Of a stretch of DNA of 64,000 bases, positions 38,451-51,700 are shown in pieces. The stretch's first letter is position 1, and every line of letters begins with the position of its first letter. The notes beneath the pieces were generated by a model. That model saw nothing but the letters and a program-made list of their open reading frames with translations, was not told where the DNA came from and did no database searches. Origin of the DNA: Octopus bimaculoides. Taxonomy: Eukaryota. The stretch spans positions 68,990,713 to 69,054,712 of the forward strand of contig NC_068989.1 in the NCBI RefSeq assembly GCF_001194135.2, given 5' to 3'. Both the position numbers and the translations under genes were made by a program.

Positions 38451-38879
38451 AAAGTGAGAAAAAATATCGAAAGAATATAATTTTAGAAGTTAGACAAAAT
38501 TTGAAAAAATTCACTTAGTAAGAAGCTAGAATGAACCAAAGGATTTAAAGTTATTAACAATATTTATGAATAAACATTAGGAAAAAATAACATGAAGTGA
38601 TTGGACTTCAGATTCAAGATTTGAGAGACATTTTTGTTCTTAAACATCTTAAAAGTATTTTTGTTTTTAAAAAAAATAAAAACTTAGAGACTTATTAAAA
38701 TTTTAATCTAGTTAATGTAGTGAAAATGATAAATTGCTCAAGAGAGAAAGTAAAAAAACAATTTTCTGTTTAGCAATTCATTGTAATTATTCTAAACAAC
38801 TCCAAATTAATTTTTAATTTTAATTCTAACTGCTTAATCATTTCGAGTGATTAACCAATTAAGCAATTATAAATCTTAG

Positions 38880-39140
38880 ATGGCAGCTGGAAGTGACTGT
38901 TGTAAAACAACTAAAGTCCTCTCACCACATCATGTAACCGACGCTCCATGCAGACGTAGTGGTCTTTTCAAATTCCATCAAGGAAGTAATGAAGTGACGA
39001 TGGGCTGTGCCTTGGAAACAACACATAGGAAAAGCTGTGGAATACCAGAAAATTTGTTGATTACTGGGAGTTGTTGGAGCAGAGCTGAAGACAGGGCTGG
39101 CAGGCTCGCTGCAAGCCAACTGAGTTGGGTTAAAAAGGAC
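38880..39140 (+). mobile_element. RLE-endonuclease C-terminal fragment of an R2/NeSL/HERO-like non-LTR element
   Basis: WQLEVTVVKQL...ADVVVFSNSIKEV...AVPWKQHIGKAVE...RQGWQARCKPTELG, matching the PD..ELTVPWE..K..KY..GW..P+EVG pattern. Confidence 0.75.
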
Positions 39141-39754
39141 TTAGAAAAAGATATATACCCATGTCTTGATATTCATTTTTCTTGTTTGTATCACCAATCT
39201 GATGCTGTAAAAATAGTTATAGAAAATGCCATGAAAATATTTGCAAATCTAAAATTGAGGGAAAAAATGATTTAGCTATGATAATGTTCAATGTTCAATG
39301 TTCACCATCTGGGTTTTGTTTTTTTTTTAATCATATTCTTTAATATATTGAAAGAAAATATATTGAAAGAAAGAAAATCCGTTCGGATTTTCTCTCTACC
39401 GGTTCTTCGCTCAATGTAAAAATAATGTACCAAGATCATTGCCAATAATATAGATACTCTCTCTCTATCTCTCTCTCTCTCTATCTCTCTCTGATAAATT
39501 AATAATAAGATTTGAAACTGATGTCGTGTTTGATCCGTGCTCTTAGCCTATTTGTAAATTGTAATAAACGCTTCTATGTTTGTATGTTATTGTTTCTCTG
39601 GAAATTTTTTATAATTATATTTCTAAGAGCCCCCGACATTCAGTTTGTTCAGGGTTGCATCAAGCCAAGAGTCACTCTACCTACTGCCAAGCTTTTGTAA
39701 CAAGAGTCGAATTTGAGTCGCCACATTACGGACTTCAAGTCACGACATCGGTCG

Positions 39755-39885
39755 ACTTTTTCGCGCGTTAGGCTAAGACATCAGCCAATCAACGGCTAGT
39801 TTTCACGTGATAGTTTCTCCAGAGCCTTCTAGATTGTTCTCCTAATAAACCTACCAAGGAAGTTGGTTTTAGGCGCCAAACTTCA
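39755..39885. promoter_or_regulatory. Promoter-like motif cluster
   Basis: TTTCGCGCG (39759, E2F-like), AGCCAATCA (39783, NF-Y), TCACGTGA (39803, E-box), GGCGCCAAA (39872, E2F-like), in a CpG-rich patch. Confidence 0.45.
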
Positions 39886-41136
39886 TTGTATGCGAAGAGG
39901 CGGTCCCATACACACTCCTTCTTACATGATCGCTCTAACGACAGCATGCTCATCTGGATATGTGTTATATGATGGCAGACATGATGCGACGTGTTCTGGT
40001 GTTTAATCCATCCCTTGTGCTAAGCCTTTATATCCGGCTTGCATGTTGCATTATGTTTCTTACATCTCGGGCAGTGTAAATAAAATCATATTTAAATGTT
40101 CGCAAGGTGTTGTTAAATCATTCCTGCGTTAAATCATTCACAAACATCATCTTGCAACACTTTATTTTTCTAATTTTCGTTAAATTTACACCATGAAACT
40201 TTATACCAAAATAAGCATCATATGCTTCTTTCACAGTCAGTAACATTTTTCTTGTAAGATGTATATAACAGATTCATGACCAGGAATCGAAAGCTAGGTC
40301 TTTAGGTTCGTTTCTCTGAAAATTGTACTCTGAAAAGCCATTTGTCTAAACTATCAGAAATTTACCATTATCTCAAGTGAAACTAAGGTGAACCTAGATA
40401 AACTTGATTCACTTTCAATCACGGTGACCTAATTCCTTACAATCTTAGAACTCTTTAATTTCTTTTTTTCACACATTTATTGGTAATGAGGATATTGCAC
40501 TTAACAGACTGTTATTCACAATACTAACATTTGCAGTTTTTTTATTCAACTATTTGCAGTTGCTTTTGTTTAAGTAACAATTGAATGAAATTTGCAAAGT
40601 TATTAACAGATAACATTTCGTTACTTCATTCAATACATCCAGTAATTATCGAGATGTTACATTTTTTACTTAGCCAAGAGCATTCATTACAAATTGAACA
40701 GAATACTTTAGAATTGTTTAAGCAACTTCTTCGTGATGAACTCATATTAATCTTAATCTGCAAGAAAGATAAGATTATGTTAAGATTAGATTATATATAT
40801 TTTTAAGGAAAATTACGAGATTGGATAAAAGCAGCGTTAAGAGTACAAAGATAAAAATGACTTTTCTTTATCTTTCAGTAACTTTAAGTTTTGGGGGGAA
40901 GACGGTATATCAAAAAGTAAAATCAATTTGGCAAAACTGATTCCATTTTCAGATTCAGCACCCGAAAATACTCTGAAATCATTCAAATATTTTTGGCAAC
41001 TAAGCAAATGTTGTTGTTGTTGTTGGTCTGTATTTATTCAAATCAATGATTTACATGCTTGTACCCACTATTAACCACCACCACCATCACAACAATAACA
41101 ACAATAACAACGACAACGATGACAGTAAAAAAAAAA

Positions 41137-41375
41137 CAGCATATTAACATTGGTGTTGTAACAGTTAGTTAATCTCTGTAAACTTGCTGGCTTAATTATA
41201 ACGGCAAATTAGTCTGCTTTAACGAACCCTTTACATAGGATTATCCTGCTATGTTCATCGAAGCTTGAAATCTCTTCATTTTAACCTCTTGTTAAAACAT
41301 CTGTTTTGGCAACACGTGTAGAACTTTCACTGCCATGGTCAAATATTGCAGAATGAACTAGAATGTAAGACAAGG
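41137..41375 (+). repeat. Element B copy 4
   Basis: aattagtctgctttaacgaaccctttacataggattatcctgctatgttcatcgaagcttgaaatctc...acacgtgtagaactttcactgccatggtc. Confidence 0.9.
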
Positions 41376-41434
41376 TTATGCAGATGTGTATGAATGTGTG
41401 TCTGCGTATGCATGTATATGTGCATATGTAACAG

Positions 41435-41485
<51 letters not shown>

Positions 41486-42069
41486 GAGAAAGAAATGGAG
41501 ATGTTTATTGATAAATGTTAACCTATTTGGCTGGATATGGCAGGAAATGAGAGGAATCAGATGAGGGCAACGAGAGTGGGGGGATTCCGTTAAGCTGATA
41601 GAGATATGGGGAGGGAACAACAGTGAGGGGGGGAGAAGAATTTAGAGGCTAAAAGAGAGTAGAGAGAAAATAGATGGACGATTGAGAGATCGAGAGAAAG
41701 AGGGAAAGATTAAGGAAAGGAAATAAAGAGAAAAGATATTGCTAATGGTGATAATGATGAAAAATGGCGGTACTTATATATAATAAATCATCTCAAGTTC
41801 ATTACCGAGTAATGATTTCTTAGGGTGTACGATAGCGTGCACATACACACACACACACATTCACAAGCAAACACATGTATACTCACACTCATACACAGAT
41901 GTACGGGAAAAAAAACATACATAGAAACAAGCCAATACAAAGTTGTATTGGCTTATAAGTTGTCCTTTTTTTTTTTTCAAGTTCATGTCTAGCAGAACTA
42001 TTACACCACCACCACCACTACCAACAACAACAACAAAACAATTACCATTATAACCACCACTACTACTAT

Positions 42070-42114
<45 letters not shown>

Positions 42115-42318
42115 CATCAACAACACCACCACAATCTCCACAGACTCCACCAACATCGCTACCACCACTACTATTACTATTAAGCATCAAACGCACTTAT
42201 AGAAGGCAACTGGAACTCGTTTCAGTGTACAGTCACTGGGATCCCGCATTAATATCGTGGTATGTATCTTCTATACCGCGTAATATATAATATATATATT
42301 TATATATTATTATTATCA

Positions 42319-42374
<56 letters not shown>

Positions 42375-42453
42375 GCTTTACTCGACAAAAGCGGTGCTCC
42401 AGCATGGCCACAGTCAAATGACTGAAACAAGTAAAAGAGTAAAAGAGTAAAAG

Positions 42454-42507
<54 letters not shown>

Positions 42508-43207
42508 GTTCAGTAGTTTTATTTTTATAACGTGCTTTCACTTCACTACCGAGCGCATCTCTGTGTGCCCTGGGTATATGCTGTGGTTTGCTGTGATGCT
42601 NNNNNNNNNNNNNNNNNNNNNNNNNNNNNNNNNNNNNNNNNNNNNNNNNNNNNNNNNNNNNNNNNNNNNNNNNNNNNNNNNNNNNNNNNNNNNNNNNNNN
42701 NNNNNNNNNNNNNNNNNNNNNNNNNNNNNNNNNNNNNNNNNNNNNNNNNNNNNNNNNNNNNNNNNNNNNNNNNNNNNNNNNNNNNNNNNNNNNNNNNNNN
42801 NNNNNNNNNNNNNNNNNNNNNNNNNNNNNNNNNNNNNNNNNNNNNNNNNNNNNNNNNNNNNNNNNNNNNNNNNNNNNNNNNNNNNNNNNNNNNNNNNNNN
42901 NNNNNNNNNNNNNNNNNNNNNNNNNNNNNNNNNNNNNNNNNNNNNNNNNNNNNNNNNNNNNNNNNNNNNNNNNNNNNNNNNNNNNNNNNNNNNNNNNNNN
43001 NNNNNNNNNNNNNNNNNNNNNNNNNNNNNNNNNNNNNNNNNNNNNNNNNNNNNNNNNNNNNNNNNNNNNNNNNNNNNNNNNNNNNNNNNNNNNNNNNNNN
43101 NNNNNNNNNNNNNNNNNNNNNNNNNNNNNNNNNNNNNNNNNNNNNNNNNNNNNNNNNNNNNNNNNNNNNNNNNNNNNNTTATTGTTTCTTGTCCATCACC
43201 ATCTATT

Positions 43208-43317
<110 letters not shown>

Positions 43318-43450
43318 CTATCTATCTATTTATATTTATTTATTTATTATTTTTTGCATACCACCAGTTTTTCGCGACCTTACTGACTATTTAGTCAGTG
43401 TTAAACTATATCGGTTTGACAAGATTTCGGTCTGGCATTCGGTGATTGGT

Positions 43451-43504
43451 TGACTGTTGCTGACGAGACAAAAAGTACGCCGAAATCACATGATGCAACA
43501 GTCA
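43451..43504 (+). ncRNA. Type I hammerhead-like motif with a non-permissive G at the cleavage position
   Basis: tgactgttg-CTGACGA-g...c-GAAA-tcacatga-T-G-caacagtca: perfect 9 bp stem I, 3 bp stem III, weak stem II. Confidence 0.35.
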
Positions 43505-43790
43505 CATTCAATGGTGTGCTGACAAAGTTGCGCCTGCCGATATAATCTGCGCTATTTAGCACTTAACGTCTACACGAGATGAATGGCTAGGACGACTGAC
43601 GCAGCTTACGCCTTTTAAAGCAACACATCCATATTAAGTTGGATGTGCAAATTTATATATATGTATGTGTATGTATGTGTGTGCGTTTGTCCATGTTTTG
43701 TTTTTTGTTCCTTATTCTTATTTTTTTATTCTATGTCTCTGTCCTCCATGCTTAAAGTTGTAAGTCTTAGTTTTGCTCTGTCTTCTACAG

Positions 43791-43810
43791 GGAGACTTTC
43801 TGGATGAATG
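43791..43810 (+). other. Candidate micro-exon
   Basis: Strong acceptor ttttgctctgtcttctacag|GG and donor ATG|gtacca. It is not frame-compatible with the 32824 exon. Confidence 0.3.
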
Positions 43811-44728
43811 GTACCAATTTTTCCAGCATCGAGATTATTGTGATTCTGAATAATAACACGGTTGATAAAATGGTTTTATTCGCGTCTGTTGTTTAGTGTT
43901 CATTGTATTAATTTTCAACCAAGATTTTTACTATTACATAAATATACACGTGTAAATTTATTTACATTATTTACATTTGATGGATACATATCCACATTTT
44001 GTTGATATACCCTCTAGCCTTCATCAAGTGTCGAGGGGAAATTTCGAACCTGGGTTCTCATTCCTAAGTTTTACAGATTTTAACAGTTCCAGTGGTGGAT
44101 TGGATCTGTAGTCCTCGAATTTATGTATGTATGTATGTATGTATGTATGTATGTATGTATGTATGTATGTATGTATGTATGTNNNNNNNNNNNNNNNNNN
44201 NNNNNNNNNNNNNNNNNNNNNNNNNNNNNNNNNNNNNNNNNNNNNNNNNNNNNNNNNNNNNNNNNNNNNNNNNNNNNNNNNNNNNNNNNNNNNNNNNNNN
44301 NNNNNNNNNNNNNNNNNNNNNNNNNNNNNNNNNNNNNNNNNNNNNNNNNNNNNNNNNNNNNNNNNNNNNNNNNNNNNNNNNNNNNNNNNNNNNNNNNNNN
44401 NNNNNNNNNNNNNNNNNNNNNNNNNNNNNNNNNNNNNNNNNNNNNNNNNNNNNNNNNNNNNNNNNNNNNNNNNNNNNNNNNNNNNNNNNNNNNNNNNNNN
44501 NNNNNNNNNNNNNNNNNNNNNNNNNNNNNNNNNNNNNNNNNNNNNNNNNNNNNNNNNNNNNNNNNNNNNNNNNNNNNNNNNNNNNNNNNNNNNNNNNNNN
44601 NNNNNNNNNNNNNNNNNNNNNNNNNNNNNNNNNNNNNNNNNNNNNNNNNNNNNNNNNNNNNNNNNNNNNNNNNNNNNNNNNNNNNNNNNNNNNNNNNNNN
44701 NNNNNNNNNNNNNNNNNNNNNNNNNNNN

Positions 44729-45020
44729 GGTTACGACGACGAGGATTTCCGTTGATCCTATGAATGAAACAGTCTGCTCGTGAAAATGACGCGCAAGTGC
44801 CTGAGCACTCCACAGACACACGTACCCTTAAGGTAGTTCTCAGGGAGATTCAGCGTGAAACAGAATGGGACAAGGCTGGCTCTTTGAGATACAGGTACAA
44901 CTCATTTTTGCCAGCTGATTGGACGGGAACAATGTCAAATAAAGTGTCTTTCTCAAGGACACAATGCGCCGGTAATCGAACTCCCGACCTTATGATCGTG
45001 TGCCGAATATCCTAATCCTC
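44729..45020 (-). mobile_element. SINE with a different head and the same tail Y as 51250-51627
   Basis: Head ...ggagttcgattaccggcgcattgtgtccttgagaaagacactt; tail gtgtctgtggagtgctcaggcacttgcgcgtcattttcacgagcag. Confidence 0.75.
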
Positions 45021-45304
45021 CCTTAGTTTACTTTGCTTTCTATTCTTTTGAAGTCGGTGAAATAAATATTTGTCATTGAAAAAAAAAAAGAAAACCAATC
45101 CAGTAAAAAAAGCATCAGAAACAAAATAAAAGAAACAAAAACAACCCTCTAACAACGAATAAGCTTACACAGTATATAGTTATTTGTTTTACATTCTAAG
45201 GAAGAAACAGAGAGGGTATGCTCGACGTTTCGAGCAATAGGCCTTCGAAGGTGGTCAGATTGCACTGAATTCGGATTCTTTTTCTTTTCTTCATCATCTT
45301 TTAG

Positions 45305-45399
45305 TCATGAGGAAAGGTAATGCACATGACCTCCTTTCAGAGGGCTTCCAAGTCTGGTGGGAGGGTGGCGGTGTAAAGTACCTTCAAACCGGATACCTG
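45305..45399 (+). CDS. Probable coding exon (xMRKGNAHDLLSEGFQVWWEGGGVKYLQTGYL), possibly the start of a PH domain
   Basis: Long pyrimidine tract plus ttttag|TC, donor CTG|gtaaga, 95 nt open, phase 1 in (matches 32887). The A-x-D-L-L...V...GYL pattern resembles SH3BP2/SKAP PH starts, judged from memory only. Confidence 0.65.
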
Positions 45400-46049
45400 G
45401 TAAGAATGCTTGGAGTAGAATGGATCACGCTAAAAGCACTTGATATACAGGGTGGTTAAAACAGACGACGGCTTAAGTCTACTATGTACGCTATAGCGAA
45501 ATTTGAATACAACTTAAAGATCATGTTTGAAACATATTCAGCAAGACATCCAGTATGACGTTCTTACAATACTGCCAATTCACCGCCTCTGATTCGTACT
45601 TTTTTTATCGATCCGAAACGATGAAGAGCAAAAGCAAAGTTAACCTCGGTGGGATCTAAATTCAGAATGTAAAGAGCTGGAACAAATACTAGAAAGCATC
45701 CGGCCCGATATTCTTACAGTTCTGGCACCACCTTGATCTTGGAATATTTTTAATTTTCTTTTGTCGACCCCAAAATGATGAAGGAGAAATTTGACCTCGG
45801 TGAGATTTGAACTTGGAGCGTAAAAAGCCGAAACAAATACTGTGAAGTATTATATCTGATACTCTAACGACTTAGCCAATTTTCCGCCAAGATAAATAAC
45901 GGTAGAAATGGAAAATGATGTAATCGATAATACACTAGATAGTGGTGATCCAGAATGGCTGAAACCAGTAAAATAATAAGGAATTCATTGTTTATAAAAG
46001 AACAGTGAGATCTGGAGTCAATGGTCCATTGGAACATCACTAAAGTGGT

Positions 46050-46126
46050 GGTAACGACGACGACGACGGAGACGCTGATGACTACGATCATGACTACGAT
46101 GATGACTACGAACTTAGATGATGAAA

Positions 46127-46160
<34 letters not shown>

Positions 46161-46525
46161 CGACGACGACGACGACGACGACGAAGACGATGGTGATGAT
46201 GACAATGATGACGATGACGAAGACGATGATGATAACTACAACGACGACGACAACCACGACAACAGCGATGGTGGCCATGTCGATGATGAAAATGATGATG
46301 ACGATGATGATGACGACAGCGATGATGGCCACGTCAATGATGAAAATGATGATGACGGCGACAACATTGACAACGTCGACCACGACCATGATGATAATGA
46401 TGATGATGGTGATGATGATGGTGATGATGATGGTGATGATGATGATGATGATGATGATGGTGATGATGATGGTGATGATGATGATGATGATGGTGATGAT
46501 GATGGTGATGATGATGATGATGATG
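46050..46525. repeat. Long compound (GAT/GAC/GGT)n trinucleotide tract
   Basis: Directly visible. Similar shorter tracts occur at 55310-55475 and 58155-58235. Confidence 0.95.
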
Positions 46526-47608
46526 TGTCATATGAGAGAGGAGAGGAGAGAAGAAGGGATCAGAAAGACTGAGATTAGGGAGAGTTGATGGTGGGGGCGG
46601 TGTTAGGAATTGACAACAGATTAAGATAATGAAGGAAATTAATTTAAAGTCCGTGAAACCTCCACCATCACATCCCATCTCCCCCCCCACACACACACAC
46701 ACATATCTACTCAGACATGCAAAATAGATAAATAAATAAATCAATTAATTAATTAACAAATAAATAAATAAATAAATAAACTTCTTTGGTATGAGATTAG
46801 TCGGAGGGGAAGAAAAAGATTATGAGCATTAAAACAACAACAACAACACAAACAACAAAAAGTCTAACAACAGCAAATTAAAAACAAACAACAAACATGT
46901 TATACTTGATAATGATATTAAGTGCAGTGAACTGTAAAATCATTTTAGTAACATTTATGTGATTTTTTTCCCCAGCATATCAAACACCAAAAGCAGAATC
47001 ACGTGTCACCGGAAGTAGAAAACTAACTGTTTTGTTTTTTGTTCTTTTTTTTTCTCTTAATTCATTTCTATATATATTATGTATTTGCATATATCTGTTT
47101 ATTTAATTATAATCATGATTGCGATTAGTGTTTTAGTTCGTTTCACTTCTGTATTCTGAGTTTGATTTAACATTCTCACTATAACAGAAGAGAAACAGAG
47201 ATCTCTTTATACGACAATAATCATTCTGTGTCATTCTTTATATTTCAAGTTCCCGTTCTACTTTTTGGTTGTCGCACGAAGGAAAAGGTTAGTTGATTTA
47301 ACACTTCTGTTATTCTTTTACTATTTCACATACTCACTGGGTTTATTTAACTGGACTGTGGCCGTGCAGAGACATCGTCTGCAAAGAAATATAGTCGATC
47401 ATATCGACTACAGCACTTATTTCAGCCTAGTATTTATTTTTATCAAAATCTATTTGTTGAACCGTTAAGTTATGAGGCATAAAGGGATACAACATAAACG
47501 CATACATAGCGATGCAGTGACATATACACTCACACACAAATTACAAACAACTCTACATACATATATACATATTTGTATACACATACACCTATACACATGC
47601 ACACACAT

Positions 47609-47664
<56 letters not shown>

Positions 47665-48049
47665 TAATCTATACATATACATATACAGTTGTGAGTAAGC
47701 CGAAGTCACTATCACTTCGAAGTCACTATCAACCTTTACTTTGTAAAAGTTTAATAAACATGTACTCCGCTAAAAAGTTGGGTGTAATTCTTCAGTTTAA
47801 TGTTAAATTGTTTTTATTATGGCTTTATATTCTAAAAAAAAATACATTAATATATATACAAGAGTTGAACAAAATAATGGAAACTCCACTTTTATTTAAC
47901 TACTTTTTCTATTGGCAATATGACAAATTCAAAACTGTTCCAGTCTGTGTATATGTGTCCATATGCAATACGTATACTTCATGATACAGATCTCTGTTTT
48001 TCTTCCTTTTTTTTATCTTTATTTTTGGGTAGATATTTATATTCAAATA

Positions 48050-49135
48050 AGTTAGAATAGCACGACCTATCAGATTTCCTTGGAGGACAAATTGTTGGAG
48101 CGTAGATGGGTGGAGTTTCAGTCACTAAAATCTGCTGAATTGTTTAATGTTTCGAGAGCTACTAAAATCATGTTGATATTCCAAAACCAAAGTAAAACCA
48201 GTTCTGGCAAGCATAATTTTGGATAAAGGCAAAATTCACTGAGCGAGACGGCAGAATTTTGAAACGTATTGTCCAAAAACTATCAAGGTACAGCAGCAAA
48301 AGTGACAACAGAGCTCAACCACCACCTTGTCAATCTTGCGTCAGCCATAACTGGTTGTCATGAGCCCCATAAAGCTGAATAACATAGAAAGGCAGCAAGT
48401 GCTAAACCTCTTCTGTCCCCTATCAACATTCATAAGTAGTGGGTGGGGGGTATGATGTCTCGATTTTCAGATGTGGTCAATGGCTCAAAAGAACACGGTT
48501 AACTTCTCTGATCAATCATTATTTATCCTTTTTCCCACTTCAGGATAAGTTTTCTCTGGAGACAGTACAAACAAGCTTTCAACCCTGACTAGTTGTCCTC
48601 GACAGTGAAGCATGGAGTGATTGTATGATGTTTTAGGCAACCAAATTACAGAATTCTCTTATCTCTTTAGTTGTATTACATCACAGAGTTAACATCAAGG
48701 ATTATCAGAGTATTTTGACTGATTAAATCTATCCAGTGGTACAAACATTGTTCTTTGTTGGTAGCGTAATCTTTCAGGACGATAATGCACCGATTCACAC
48801 GGCTAATATTATTCAAAATTGGTACGAAGATCACAATTGTGAAATAGACCACTTGAGTTGGCCCTCCACAATCACCGTGACTCAGCATGATCGAAATTTA
48901 CGGTGCATTTTAGAGCAGCTCGTGAGGAGCCGTTTCTCTCCGCCATTTTCGCTGAAAGAACTAATGTAGGTTTTAATCGAAGAATAGTTCAAAATTCCCT
49001 TCGAAACTGTTCAGAACTTGTACGTCTCAATTCCTTGACATATTAAATTTCCGACTGATGCCAAAGCTGGACCCAAATCAAATGATGAAACTTCTTTTCG
49101 ACAAGATATTTCCGTTATTTTGTCCAGCCACCGTA
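48050..49135 (+). mobile_element. Decayed Tc1-family transposon with right TIR
   Basis: DLSDF..GQIVGA, FSDQSLF, TVKHG, IFQDDNAPIHTA, HLSWP...; ends ttattttgtccagccaccg-TA. Confidence 0.9.
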
Positions 49136-49592
49136 TGTAGGCATATGTATGTATGTATGTATGTATGTGTGTGTGTGTGTTCTCTTCCTCTTTTTAATTT
49201 AGAGCAAAGTTTTCAACCGCTACCGACTTGGTAGCGAGGCTATGAAGGAAAGTATCTTGATTTAAGCGTTATCCTTGGTCTTTCAAATTTTTATAGTCCC
49301 AGATATTGTGATCATTTGTAGTATATGAACTAACGATCTGCATTCTCTTTCCAAGATCCCAAATTCAGCTGCATGTACGTATGTACGTATGTATGTATGT
49401 CGGTATGTATGCATGTATGTGAGTGTATGTGTGCGTATGTATGATGGATGTGTGTGAACGCGCGCGTGCAGCAGGCAACAAGTACAAACATACATAGGAG
49501 TAGGTGAACAAACAAAAGTAACACTCAACACATTTAATTTCTGTTTTAAGTATTGACTCAGCTCCATATTACTTAAAGGCTCTTAAAATTAT

Positions 49593-49683
49593 TTAAATTT
49601 TATTACATTTTATTAAATTTTATTGCATTTTATTAAATTTTATTACATTTTATTAAATTTTATTACATTTTATTAAATTTTAC
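49593..49683. repeat. 20 bp AT-rich minisatellite, about 4.5 units
   Basis: ttttattacattttattaaa repeated. Confidence 0.9.
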
Positions 49684-50334
49684 AAATATATACTTTTGAA
49701 ACTTAAAATTATATATTTAAAATTGTTCAAAGAATCTATTTTACATATATTGAATATAACCAGAGACACGAAGAGGGAAAAAGCAGGAGCAGAAACGAAA
49801 AGAAAAAAAAGCCGCAAATGTCAAGTAGGTTCTGTTTTGCATTTATTGCTTTATTTGTGTGTGTATTATTAAATGTTAATGCAAAATCAGGCAAACAGAT
49901 TAATTACCTCAATTTTCACGTTTATATTTGAAATATAAAAATTTCATAATTTTACAATTGCAAATAACTCTTTGAAAATATCTTCGCAAATATCATTGGA
50001 ATTTTTATGAGAATCTCTCAAACTTCTCTTTATATTGAGTTTTTTTTTGCATCAAAACTCTGTGTGAGTGTGTACATATATGTATGTGTGTGTATATATA
50101 TGAGATCGGAAGANNNNNNNNNNNNNNNNNNNNNNNNNNNNNNNNNNNNNNNNNNNNNNNNNNNNNNNNNNNNNNNNNNNNNNNNNNNNNNNNNNNNNNN
50201 NNNNNNNNNNNNNNNNCACGCACGCACACATACATACATACATGCATACATACATACATACATACATACATACATACATACATACATACATACATACAAG
50301 CAAAAATACATACATACGTACATACGTACGGTTG

Positions 50335-50495
50335 GTTGTTTGGTTAAGAAGTTCGTTTTGCAACGACTTGGTTTCAGGTTCTGTCCTACTGCTCAGTACC
50401 TTGTGCAAATGTCTTCTACTATAGCCCGGCGCCGACAAAGGTCTTGCAAAGGAATTTAATAGACGGAAATTGTATGGAAACCTGTTGCATATATA
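50335..50495 (+). mobile_element. SINE family B head
   Basis: tggttaagaagttcgttttgcaacg...tgtgcaaatgtcttctactatagccc. Confidence 0.7.
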
Positions 50496-50702
50496 CATAC
50501 GTGTGTTGCTTGTGAAGAGAGAGGGAGAAAGAAAGAAATAAAATTCCTTTACTTATCCTTCTTTGTCTTCCTTCTTTTCCTTTTTTTTTCATTGTTCTTT
50601 TCTCATCATGCTTCGTTTTCTTTCTTTTTCGTCTTTTACTATTTTCTTCTCTTTCTCCTTTTATACCTTGTTTCTGATTCTTCTTATTATCATTGTTGTT
50701 TT

Positions 50703-50920
50703 AAGGCGGTGAGCTGGCAGAATCGTTAGCACGCCTGGCAAAATGCTAAGCAGCATTTCGTCTGTTTTTACGTTCTCAGTTCAAATTCTGCCGAGGTCGA
50801 ATTTGCCTTTAATCCATTCGGGGTCAATAAAATATCTACTAATAAAAGCACTGGAATCGATGTAACCGACTTATTTCCTTCCCCGAAACTCCTGGCATTG
50901 TGCCAAAATTTGAAATCAGT
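50703..50920 (+). mobile_element. SINE family A
   Basis: taaggcggtgagctggcagaatcgttagcacgcc...gccgaggtcgaatttgcc. Confidence 0.85.
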
Positions 50921-51249
50921 ATTATAGTTGTTGTTGTCGTCGCTTCTTTCCAATATTTGGTGTACCAAAAGCCAGAAAGCAAAGCTTAATCTCTTTAAAC
51001 GCAGTGCTGATTAAGCTAATAATTGGAACTCTAAAGTCTGCAGTGAAATTACCTACGCTCTTTCACGATGGCTCGTTTGATCAAATTATAGTTTCCTGTG
51101 TAAGCGAGAATACATTACGGTCAAATGAGCAACAGACTAATATCCTAATGATAGTTGATTATATTATCAAAACAGATCGACTGTTGAAGTTAGCTCTATA
51201 TAAAATTGACAACACAATTTGTTATTTCTACTCTGTCTATAGCAATGGA

Positions 51250-51627
51250 GTGGAGGCGCAATGGCCCAGTGGTTAGGGCAGCGGACTCGCGGTCATAGGA
51301 TCGCGGTTTCGATTCCCAGACCGGGTGTTGTGGGTGTTTATTGAGCGAAAACACCTAAAGCTCCACGAGGCTCCGGCAGGGGATGGTGGCGAACCCTGCT
51401 GTACTCTTTCACCACAACTTTCTCTCACTCTTACTTCCTGTTTCTGTTGTGCCTGTAATTCAAAGGGTCAGCTTTGTCACGCTGAATATCCCCGAGAACT
51501 CCGTTAAGATACACGTGTCTGTGGAGTGCTCAGCCACTTGCACGTTAATTTCACGAGCAGGCTGTTCCATTGAATGGATCAATTGGAACCCTCGGTGTCG
51601 TAAGCGACGGAGTGCCAACAACAACAA
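51250..51627 (+). mobile_element. tRNA-derived SINE family C with tail Y, ending in (caa)n
   Basis: Head nearly identical to 16114-16400 for about 190 nt, then a different 3' part. Confidence 0.85.
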
Positions 51628-51700
51628 ATAGTAAATGGAAGTGAAGGCACATGGTCTAGCGGTTAGAGACTTCGGCTAGTGCACGGCCGAGCGACTAGAT

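Noticed and set aside
46021-46588. 183 aa poly-Asp ORF and overlapping poly-Met and poly-His ORFs
   Set aside because: A trinucleotide tract is open in several frames by construction. There are no convincing splice sites, and similar tracts occur at 55.3 and 58.2 kb.
51250-51325. tRNA gene
   Set aside because: A and B boxes are present, but there is no proper acceptor stem and it continues into a SINE body shared with 16114-16400.
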